NCBI RefSeq assembly: GCF_036588685.1 | Contig: NC_086380.1 | Location: forward strand, 64,790,001-64,854,000 | Direction of reading: 5' to 3' | Length of the DNA stretch: 64,000 nt | Source: Mytilus trossulus | Taxonomy: Eukaryota | In this document: positions 53,302 to 64,000 of the stretch, in pieces | Numbering within the stretch: the stretch's first letter is position 1 | Layout: the number at the start of each line of letters is the position of its first letter | The notes under the pieces: generated by a model | The model's database searches: none | Seen by the model: the letters and a program-made list of their open reading frames with translations, nothing else | What the model was told of the DNA's origin: nothing | Position numbers and translations under genes: made by a program

Positions 53302-56300
53302 TTATATTTTGTTGACTAAAGATACGTTCGTCTCGTGGTCTGGATTTTCAAATTCTTTTGACGTTTTACACATTTTCCCAATTATTGTCTTTATATGTTT
53401 CCGTGCACCTGTAAAATACCATAACAAGTATTAATTATTCTATTATAAAGTTACTTTCATCTACAAATGATGTAGTAAACACAAATAAATTGAATGTGTA
53501 TTGCAATCAAAGTCATGGCCGTTCTGTTTAAGACAGAAGTGTGAATCAAACCAGTGCCAAATAAACTTATCATAGATACCAGGTATGAAATTTAATATTT
53601 ACGCCAAACGCACGTTTTGTCTACAAAAGACTGTATGTCTGTGACCATGCTATCTTAGATTAAGACATGTCTCAGGGTAAACAAATGACTGATCAAACAG
53701 AAAAATCAGAGAATGCCATATTCATTAAACAGTTCTATTTTTTATTCTAAAACTGAAATTAAAAAAACGATAATTTCAGAGTATTAAATATCATAAGCAA
53801 AAGTTTACCAGTCACACATATCGTATGTTATGTTTTAAAAACCGATTAAGTCAGTCTTTTCTCATTTAAAAGTGTGCTCGTTCAAACAAATACAACACTG
53901 TTTTGTTTAATACAACTATTCAATTCAATATGCATATACTCAAACGAAATAGATGTAACTTCGATCCTTATAATACTTACTCAAAATGTTTAACCACAAC
54001 AACTGTTAATGACAGTTAAGATTAACAATTTACTTACGAACTACTAAAATGCCCAAAACTACTAATAATAAACATCCAGCTATTACGAGAGGTATTTCAT
54101 AATTTGCAGAGGACTTTTTGTTAACACGTTCTACTGTATGCGAAGTATTCTCATCAACACTTCTTTCCGTTGAAAAATCTAAAATAAACAATGAAAATAT
54201 TCAAAACAAACTATTTGCATCGACATCAGTAAGTTTCTAAACCAAATATTTGGAAAGCTAAAAATTAAAACCCAAATGAATAGTCATAGGTCATCTTTGA
54301 CCATTACTGCAGTAACATTAACTTTAGTATGTAATCGTTATATACTTTAATAAACTAGAAATTATATTTCAAATTTTGCATGGGAATATTCCAGAAATTG
54401 GTTGGTTTCCTATTGTAAATTTTCATAAGTTTGAACCAGACTTGGGGTCATTTACAATTACAAACTTTGAACGTAAATTTTCTTTGTCCCAATCTTTTCG
54501 GTGCGTAAATTTCAAAACTCGTTAGCTATTCATGTTTCTGCAGTGATATTTGAAATTTTTATAAACGTTATATTTGTTTAATTGGTGAATTATCAAGTCA
54601 AGGATTTTATTACCACAAATTAATTAAACCCGAATAAAGTTTCACATAGATACACAATTTTTTGTTGGGTGAATTTGTTTTTTTAAACCCGCGATATTAC
54701 ATTCTAACTATTACATAGGTGTTGTTTATACAGCACATTAACTTCGATACGACCAAAAGAACACATTGATCCATTGAATACATTTCGTTTTTAAAGGTTA
54801 TCAATCTAATAATTATTTTTGTTTTGGTTGGCTTTGGACTTTCAGTACTTAGGTCGGTACTTTGTGTATTTTATCTTTATGTTTTTTTCTGTTTTTATGC
54901 TTTTACCAATCTGATATATTTAGTCATTTCTTCCTGCTACATCACTGTTCAAATTTACTCTGTATGTGTCTTCTCACAAATCTGGAGACTCATGTTCAGG
55001 AATTTTCATTTGTTGCGGTCTTCCAGGTTTGTTTTAACTTATTCTCTTGTTTTCTGTCCTGTCATTTGTGTTCTTGTTTACTATGTTAATCATTTTGCCA
55101 TGTCAGTGACTTTTAAAGCAAACAATACGGTATGGGTTTTGGGTTGTGTAGAGTGTTAAACACTGTTTGAAACCAATAATTGGTTTAAATCTCGCAAAAT
55201 TAGACTTTTGATTTGTTGGAAAAAAAACTACATTTCAAAATTAAGTATTAGGTTATTAATTTCCTAATAAAACCTGTCTAAATGTATTTATCATTGTTAT
55301 CTTTAAAAAATCGGTTTATAGAAAAAATGGACAAACATAAAATAAAACATTGGAGATTACATAATTAAAGAGAAAAAGGAAAACCCTTCGAGGATCAAAT
55401 TACGCTTTAATTGACCTTTTGTGAATTATAATTGCAGATGATTATTTGTGTTTCCGTAATGTTCTGAAATAGATTTGCGTTGCATATTCAACACAAAGAC
55501 ACAAAATTTTTAAAGATGTAAATAACCAAAATGGCTGTTTAATCCTCAATCTAGAAAACAAAATATTTCAATAACTATTTGAATAAAGACAAACCTGGAC
55601 ATCTAGGTGTAACGTTTCCTTCAAATGTAATCTGTTCTTTTAAAAAGCCACATTGTAGTCTTGGTTGCTTATTGCAATCTTCATTCCGCAGCTTATATTC
55701 TGCCACAAAGCTCACACGGTAGAAAAGTCCAGTTTTTGTGGAATTCAATCGAACTTTATTTTCCACCACACGATTCTAAGATCAATAAGAATCAATTTAT
55801 TAATCAATGAATGAGCCTGAAACTAAGTAACATAAAAGAATGACGACAACACCAAATTATTTATTGATTCTTTAGTGGCACATAATTTTGGCATGTTCAG
55901 AACGAATGTAAATTTAACAATAAATACAGGAGGTAAGTCATGTAACATCAATCGTCCGGGAAGGAGGATTGAAAAATATGTGATGCCACTGCAAAATTGT
56001 AGTTTATTGAAGAGGGACAGAAATTGTGCGTTACGCGAGATTTCCTAGGGATCCCTAGATAATAATTGCATGGGCTCTTAACGTTCATGGAGCGTGGCAC
56101 TCTGATTACACGAGGCTTCGGATTTATATTCCTAATTGTGAACACAAAATTGAGAATGTAAATAGGGAAAGTGTCAAAGCGACAACAACCCGAACATAGA
56201 GGAGACAACAGCCGAAGTCCACTAATGGGTATTCAATGCAGCGAGAAACTCCCGCACCAGGAGGAGTCCTTTAGCTGGCCTCTAAACAAATATGTTTACT

Positions 56301-59300
56301 AGTTCAGTGATAATGGCATAGCTAAATAATACAATTAATTAGCTAAATAACTACCACAATTTGGTATTAATTAGTATTGAAATTTTCACTGTTGTTAATA
56401 AATGTAATATAAGTCATAGAAATCTAATCTTCAGTTTTATAAAAATTCTCCTTAATTTTTGGGAACTCGTTTTACAATTTCAAATGTGACTTCACTTTGT
56501 GCGTTACCCTGGCTTTGGATAACTCAGCTGTGTATTACTAAGTGCTGGTAATTAGGTTGTTTTATATAATGTATTCGTTTGTATTCTGTAATTTGTCATC
56601 ACTTTAGTTTTTATCATGTTCATCTTTTTATATAGTCATTTTATAAAATAAATTTTCTGTCTGTAAAAGTATGATTTATTCAAAATAATAAGGATGTTCT
56701 TTTCCGCGACAAATTACCCTGACCGTATTGTACTTGTTTCGGCTTTTACATTTTTTTTATCTGATCATCACCGAATAGTCTTGTGTGGACAGAGCGCGCG
56801 TCGGGCGTGTTAAATATTTAACCTGGTACCTTTTGTTGAATATTATTCGTGTGTTTTTCTGTCATTTATTTTCTCTCATTTATTTGTATTTTAGTCCTGT
56901 AATTCAATGTTGTCATTTCAATGTTATAACTATCATTTTCATTAAATAGGGAGGTTTGGCATGCCACAAAACCAGGTTCAACCAACCATTTTTGTTTTTT
57001 CTTAAAATGCCCTGTACGAAGATAGGAAAATGGATATTGTTATATTATAGTTCTGTGTGGGTTACATTTTAACGTTGTATTTCTGTTGTGTCGTAGTTCT
57101 CTTATATTTGATGAGTTACCCTCAGTTTTAGTTTGTAACCCAGATTTGTTTTGTTTTTCTCTATCAATTAATTAATTGTGAACAGCGGTATACTATTGGT
57201 GCCTTTGTTTACTCTCAAGTCACAATCTTGCAGCTTAATATGACTACTTCAGAATTTTTAATAGTCCTTGTTTTAAACACAAAAAGTCATTTAAAAACAA
57301 TCATCTTTAAAAGACAATTTTTTTGGGGGTATATAATAAATGTGCAAAATACTCAAGACACCTCTATACACATTGTATCAGCAAGAAATAATTGTTCTTA
57401 ATTTTGCTTGTGAACTACATGATATTTACCCCAATGTAAACTGAGCAATTAGGCAATGGATATACTTTTCTTATTTGTATCTTGATTTTCAATGTATCGT
57501 TATATGATGTTATAGAAGCATTAGCTGCATCTGGTAAATCTGAAATAAAATGTTTTTCTGATAGATATATTTGATAGAAATTCAAAATTCGATTTCAATT
57601 ATCACTAAACTTTGGGAAGATGTTTAAAGAGTAATAAAGCATTCATATACTTAGACTTTCCTCCGAATGTGTACATAGCATGCTTAAATACCATGAAAAA
57701 CACGACAAATGCCAGATTTGTTACAAGATCCGGAAAAAAATGAGATCATCGCTTTTTTTCGTGAAAATTAGTTTTCTTTATAGTATTGTGCAAACTAACC
57801 TTTGTCTTTAAGTCGTTTTTCTTTTATTGTCGTGGTGTAGTTAATTACCTTTCGACTTCTTAATTTTGATCGACTCTTCTTGATAGAGGGCTGTTGCTCA
57901 CAAGGAAGCCATTAAATCAAGAGTTCCAAATGGTGAAGTTGAAATTATCTCTTCGTAAATTTTACGGACGACATTACGGGTGCCACATGTGGAGCAGGAT
58001 CTGCTTGCCCTTCCGGAGCACCTGAGATCAACCCTAGTTTTTGTTGGGTTTGTGTTGTTTATTCTTTTGTTTTCTATGTTGTGTCATGTGTACTATTGTT
58101 TGTTTGTTTGTCCTTTTCATTTATGGCCATGGCGTTTTCAGTTTATATTCGATTTATGAGTTTGAATGTCCCTCTGGTATCTTTTGTCCCTTTTTTTTTA
58201 TGTCTTCTCATTTTTTAATGTTTCATATTTTAATCCATAAAGCTTATTCCTAATTTAATAGTGATACATGTAAAACTATATAATGGTAAATAAACAACAG
58301 AAATAAGAGCTATAGTATTACTTTAGTCGTGTGTTGATCTGCACTTATTTGAAAAGGAATAATTAAGACAATAAAAAAGATGCATCTAAAAGCAGTATGC
58401 TGGCCTACCTGACTTAAGCATTGTCAATTTAGGCTAGAAGAATTAAAAAAATCCAATCCGTAGAACCATGCAACAAAACCTAATTTGCGGTTAAAATTTT
58501 TCCTTTAAATGCAAAACTTGAAAATGTATTACTTACATTGAAACCGCTTTTCGTCAAGTTGTAATGTGCGTGTGTTGGCGTAAAATCCACACGAGCATGT
58601 ATAGTTAACATTTATGTCTGTGATGGAAAAGTTTTTAATAATCAGTGAAAACTGAGTTGACAACAGGTTAACATTCTCTTCGTATTTCTCCTCATTCGAA
58701 GAAAACCCATTGTACATTAGTCCTCGACCATAAGTTCCTCCTGACCATTGCCGAACAGGACAATCTTTGGAGTTTTGCAATGGGTGAAATGTATAACATG
58801 TTAGCATAACATCCCGTCCAAATATAGCAGGATACGTGGTCATATTCCAAGAGACTAAAATGGAAAGAGCGAGATGTATAGACTTCATTAACAATGTATT
58901 TAAATTTGTTCACAATTACAGTAAATAGAACTAAATGTTATCAACCTTACTTGTTGCGCTCATCATATTGAACTTTAAAGCCAAAACGAAATGAAACGAA
59001 ACGTATTTCTGTGTGTAGCATATTCAGTTGGGCTGTTTCGGCTACAAGAAATGGAAACTGGCTGGCGATGTCCATGTTTATGTTACTCAAAGTTGAGTTT
59101 TTAAAGCTGAATTCTTTCAGTCTGACCAATATGTCTCGTTTAAACACTATCATTTTTACAAGAAAATGTATGAAAAAGTAATTTGCAACTTCAGATTAAA
59201 AAAAATAATGATGCATATATTTTTTTTATTACTAAATGGCTAGTTTTTACTATCTGAAGAAAATTTTTCAATTTGTCCAAATTACTTTTTTATTGTTTGA

Positions 59301-59495
59301 TTTAAGCCATTAATTCGCCGACATGTTTATGTATGCAGTAACCTCAGCGTTACCCTTATTGTTAAAATTAGGAGATCGCAAACAGGAAACCCAAATTGGC
59401 AGAAAAAGTCAACAAATGTAACATTGCTCAGTCATCCAAATAAACTTTATATATCTTGCTGTATATGTTATACACGTGCTTACCGGAATATTCAT
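53302..59495 (-). CDS. Type I single-pass membrane protein with Ig-like ectodomain, ~308 aa: complement(join(53302..53408,54038..54178,55595..55775,57430..57539,58537..58854,58951..59008,59484..59495))
   Basis: Phase-compatible GT-AG exons. The 318-nt phase 1-1 exon encodes an Ig-like fold (VMLTC...RQWSGG...FSLIIKNFSITDINVNYTCSC). A second Cys-containing domain is split over two exons (KVYPLPNC...CNKQPRLQC). TM helix IPLVIAGCLLLVVLGILVV is followed by basic RARK and a short tail ending ETNVSLVNKI*. The two 5' exons (MNIP|KYVSFHFVLALKFNMMSAT) are tentative because the acceptor is weak. Confidence 0.8.
56145..56315 (+). repeat. Family B repeat in an intron of the Ig-like gene
   Basis: AAAATTGAGAATG...GACAACAACCCGA...CTCCCGCACCAGGAGG...ACTAGTTCAGTG. 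Confidence 0.75.
57879..58200 (+). pseudogene. 3' fragment of a Penelope-like/non-LTR retroelement (RT C-terminal region plus 3' UTR)
   Basis: Translates LDRGLLLTRKPLNQEFQMVKLKLSLRKFYGRH, which resembles the post-RT thumb region of PLE-type proteins. It is followed by GGAGCAGGATCTGCTT.CCCTTCCGGAGCACCTGA, also seen at ~32735-32780. Confidence 0.55.
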
Positions 59496-62346
59496 GCTTC
59501 TTAGTGATTGTTTACAAAGGTGACAATCGGTAAATTTCGGTTTTAAAAACGACTATTGATCAGCTGCCATATTTCACAACACGGACCAAGTGAAATATTT
59601 GTTGACGATAATATGATATGGATACGTGAAAAATGTTAAATCGTCTCCAGAAGACAAAGTTTTTATGTAAATGCATTTGTAAACCAATTGGATTAAAACT
59701 GTTTTTCACCAGTCCTCGCTTCATATAATTTTTAAAAAGGACATGCAATAAAGTAAGTATAATTTGGATGAAAAGTGTATATAATATATGCGTATGTCAC
59801 GCATTGGATTTTGATGGTGACATAATACTTATGTCTCACCTGAACTATGTGTATAACTTATTTGAGTATTTAATAGAATTAATACATGAACTGCAACACT
59901 TTCAAAATCCATTCTTTAATCATTGATGTACAAGTTCAAGATGATTGTCGACTGTCTGTTTCCAGCTTTAAATCAATAATTATACTTCAAATGAGCTTCA
60001 ATTCACAACAAATCAACATTCTGTAAATATAAACAATAAATATATTCAATTAGCTAAATAAAACGGCTGTAAACCTTGTTTTAGTATTGATCACCTTCTG
60101 ATGGTTCATGTGAAGATGCAAATGTGGTGTCCTCTCAACTTGCAGGATAATCTACTACTCGTTTAAAAAATTGAAATACAATAAATTGTACAGATAGCTA
60201 CAATCCTTAATTATACCTTTTTTGAAAATCAAAGGTACCAGGTTTTGGGACCCATGCCTGGTTTTATCAAATATATGTCTCAATTAGATCTACTCAAATT
60301 TGTTGCTATTTAATTTTCATTGTTGTTTTTGTACTGTTGTTTGCGTCCTTTTCATTTACCATTTTTATAAATAGTCATGGTGTTACTGTTAGTTTAGTCT
60401 CGACTTTAAAGTTTGAATGATTTTTTATTGTTTTGGTTTTGAATGATCTACAACTCTGTGATTGATTTGGGCAATACTGATGAATTTAACTTAGACAAGA
60501 CTAGACTAATGTATCAATATTTCTTACTATAAAATATACAACTGAGTACAAAATAAGAAAACAACAACAGCAACTTAATGAGAGACTTTTGAACATTTGA
60601 TTTTTTTTAAGGTGCAGATATCTTTACATTTTCCCTTCACTTGCTTTGGATTTATTATGCATATCGTTAATCTAGTGACTGACAAAAAATGTATGCCTTC
60701 TTAAATTGACCAAATGACCTATTCCCATTCTACACATGTATTGATGCTAATAGGAGTCCAGAAATCTGCATTTTTAGCTATAATACAAATATTGGCCTGC
60801 TATCATGGGTATAAAATAGGTTTTCGCTTCAGTAAGATTCCATTGCAGAGTTTGGTATCAAAACAAACATATTTGAAATATGAATTATTAATTTTTCATT
60901 ATGCAAAAAAAATCATATTATCAACACGAACATAAAAACATTAGTACAGTTAAAATATACCCTTATTTTCAATAGCAATGTTTTTATAACGAACAATTTC
61001 AATTCTGATGAGCGCTACACCACATCTTTATTTTGCTTAAGCACTCCCGTATCTAAAAGCATCGCTGACGAATTATTCACTTGAAAGGGATTCATTCGAC
61101 CTCTGTGGATCCCTATTCATAAGACCTTCAATTTAACCCCGTGGAATAATGTGGCGTGCACATTCATTTTACTTGAAAGTGAAACCAGAGTTTAGCCATT
61201 TGATTGAGTTATTTGAGCAACACACACTCGTTCTTATGTAGATAAACACGATGATTAACGTATATGTTAACCTTCATCATAAAATTAAACAAACCAAGAA
61301 AAATCCAATTGCACGAGTTCTCTATCTACTTATATATATATTTATGTTTATATCGGTTTATACAAAAGAGGTTTGAAAGATACCAATGATACGTTTTGAG
61401 GGTTTCTAGATTATTGATCAGCTGGCGTCTAGATTAAAACAAACACGAAATGCTTACCGATATGTTATCTGGCCCATGCATTGTGTAATTGTTTATTTAA
61501 GATTTTTTTTACATTTTGGGTTTATCTTTCAGTAAAATTAATTATTTGTTTTTATTTTGTTTTAAATCAGAAAGTTCAACATGATTTTGCCAGATATTTC
61601 CCCTTGAAATTAGCACTTTTACAACATATGTAGACAAGCGTTAAGCATTTTACATTATAACCCATGATTTGGGGGTATTAACAACTTCTACGGTGAGCTG
61701 TAAATATCATAGATTGTACATCATTGTTTTTGTAGATATTATGTCTATGAAATGTGAACAACACTAGAAGAAGAAGAAAAATTGTGAAAAAACAGAGCTT
61801 TTCAAAAGACGAATTTTAAATAAGATGGTCATTTGTAAAAACATGTATTTTAGTTAACCATAATTAAATGAAGGTTCTTATTCGCAAATGATTTATTGTT
61901 TGACATTAGACGAATTTTATCCTAGTCTATTTAAACCCATCTTCCAGGTATTTCAAAATTTATTACCGGCAGTAGTTATTTTTAAAAAATAAAATGTACA
62001 GGTAATTTCTCAATCTATGTTCATTTTATTAAAATACACACTACCACTACTCATTTCCTAAAATAATCTCGATTCATACACTTTAAGTGAATGAAACATC
62101 CATACGTGGTATTATTTTTAAACGAAATGTAAACAATATTCATAAGAAATAACCCTTCACTACAATGAGACTTTGTGGGTGCAAAATACTAGTTTCTGTG
62201 TAGACTTTGCGAAATAGACACCTATCAAGGCATATGGTATTTTGTGTTATTATTTAGTATTTTATTATAAAGGAGTTAAAACATTTCTGCAAATGCAATT
62301 TCCTGAAATATTCTACCATTTCAAGACTAAGGATGGTTGTTCTTAG

Positions 62347-62789
62347 AATGAAATTCAAAACAGTGTGGCTGTGGCTATTGATTGACAGATTAAATTCATC
62401 CATTGACTGGGACAATTTACGTGAACGTTTGTCTGTAACGACCACTGTTCACGACGTACCTACGATAGACATTTAAACTGTGGGGTCACCTACTGTTTCT
62501 TAACGCCTTTAATTATAAAATAATTCGAAAAATTAATCAGGAATAATCTTTATGTTTTGATTTATATAATTGATATAAATCAAAACGTCGTGTTATTTCT
62601 GATTAATTTTTTTCGAATTACTTTATTTAGGTGTTGAAAACCTTTGGTGACCCCATAGTTTAATATTCTTTTAAAAGTGCATAGTGAGCAGTGGTCGTTA
62701 CATACAAATGTTCACCTAAATTTTCCTAGTCAATGGATGAAATTAATGTGTCAATCAATGGCCACGTCCACACTGTTTTGAATTTCATT
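62347..62789. repeat. ~440-bp imperfect palindrome (foldback element)
   Basis: Arms pair throughout: AATGAAATTCAAAACAGTGTGG/CCACACTGTTTTGAATTTCATT, TGTAACGACCACTG/CAGTGGTCGTTACA, GGGGTCACC/GGTGACCCC, centre GTTTTGATTTATAT-aattg-ATATAAATCAAAAC. Confidence 0.85.
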
Positions 62790-62826
62790 TTTTACGTTAA
62801 ACATACATTATTTATATACGTCAATA

Positions 62827-63098
62827 TAAAAAAGAAAATGTGGTATGATTGCCAATGACACAACTCTCCACAAGAGACCAAAATAACACAGAAATTAACA
62901 ATTATAGGTTACCGTACGGCATTCAACAATGAGCAAAGCCCATACCGCGTAGTCAGCTATAAACGGCCCCGAAAAAATGACATTGTAAAACAATTCAATC
63001 GAGAAAACTAACGGCCCCGAAATTTATATAAAAATATGAATGGAAAACAAATATGTAACACATAAACAAACGGAAACCACTGAATTGCAGGCTCCTGA
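62827..63098 (+). repeat. Interspersed repeat family A (AAGAAGATGTGGTATGATTGCCAATGAGACAACT...GGCCTTCAACAATGAGCAAAGCCCATACCGC)
   Basis: Copies also at ~378-490(-), ~3390-3660, 6354-6479(-), 15791-15962, 17737-18045(-), 18181-18302, ~22020-22200 and ~42245-42400. Confidence 0.8.
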
Positions 63099-63377
63099 AG
63101 CATGTTCGAAATAAAATGAAATTTTACCTTTTATACTAATAAAAACCTGTCATATAAAAGATAGGCGAAAGATATGAAAATGGACATTCAAACTCATACG
63201 TCGAAAATACACTGACAGAACAAATAGACAAATAACTGTACACAATGGCTCATCAACTGTAATATACGTTTAATACAAGTAGTTTTTATCCTATTACATA
63301 TTCATACAGCGGCAAGGATATGTATGAAAACTGTATCAAATATATAATATAGGACTGTTAACGTATTCTCCAATCAT

Positions 63378-64000
63378 TTACACATAGACACATTGACACA
63401 TCGACATATAGACACATCAACACATAGACAAATCGACAGAGCGACTTATGATAGACACATCCACGCATTGACACATCGGCACATTGGTGCTATATTTCTC
63501 TTTGATACAGCCTTTGGCGCAAGATTGCTCTTTGACACAACCTACGGCGCTAGATTGCCGTTTGTCACAGCACACAGCGTTATATTACATTTTGAGCCTA
63601 ACCCTTATCCTAAACTCTAATCCAAAACCAACGCTAACTCTTAACCTAACCATAAACCCTAATATTAACCCTAAATGTGACACTAAACCCTAACCCTAGC
63701 CTAGGTCGCTAGATTACCTCTGGAGAAAGCGTACGGCGTAAAATTTCTATTTGACACAGCATACTTCAGAAGATTCCTATTTTACACAGCCTCTAGCGGT
63801 AATTTTCCCTGCACTTACCATGGAACCAGAGAACCTAGATGACAACTTGTCATGACACACTTGGCGTTATGTTGTTCTTTACCAAGGCATAGCTATGGCG
63901 AAAGATTCCGATCATAAACCAGTGCCAGTGTGTCGATATGTTGATATGCCAATGAGTCTAATGTGTCAATTTGTCGATATGTGGATGTGTCGATGTGTCC
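63378..64000. repeat. Foldback-like element with inverted (GACACATC)-type 8-mer arrays, ~30-bp tandem repeats and a degenerate (CCCTAA)n tract; runs off the window end
   Basis: GACACATC/GACATATA array 63378-63485 and its inverse GATGTGTC array ~63928-64000. CTCTTTGACACAGCCT.CGGCGC.AGATTG units from ~63498. CCCTAA-like tract 63597-63702. Confidence 0.65.

Noticed and set aside
60092-60150. Extra 5' coding exon of the Ig-like gene
   Set aside because: In-frame stop in the frame a phase-1 junction would need; could only be UTR and is unsupported.
63498-63590. CRISPR-like ~30-bp repeats
   Set aside because: Head-to-tail degenerate units without unique spacers, in a eukaryotic context with no cas genes.

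Overview
AT-rich eukaryotic (metazoan) genomic DNA dominated by interspersed repeats. The repeat families and the Ig-like gene resemble those I associate with bivalve (Mytilus-like) genomes; this is inference, not checked. Two multi-exon genes can be assembled by hand from GT-AG sites. (1) A 14,044-bp DNA transposon (37727-51770) has TTAA on both flanks, GAG...CTC termini and 27-bp TIRs. It carries a 6-exon, apparently uninterrupted ~1121-aa DDD-type transposase best matching the Sola3 group. Its ends keep short inverted motifs at mirror-image distances out to ~500 bp, and its introns carry nested repeats. (2) A minus-strand gene (~53302-59495) encodes a ~308-aa single-pass membrane protein with Ig-like ectodomain(s). 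The rest is non-autonomous elements: Helentron-type HINEs, a tRNA-derived SINE in (TA)n, MITEs with 5-, 6- and 9-bp TSDs, a TTAA-flanked Kolobok-like element inside a long inverted repeat, long palindromes, Penelope-like fragments and a foldback with telomere-like repeats. No rRNA, true tRNA or CRISPR was seen. All family assignments are from motif recall and need database confirmation.
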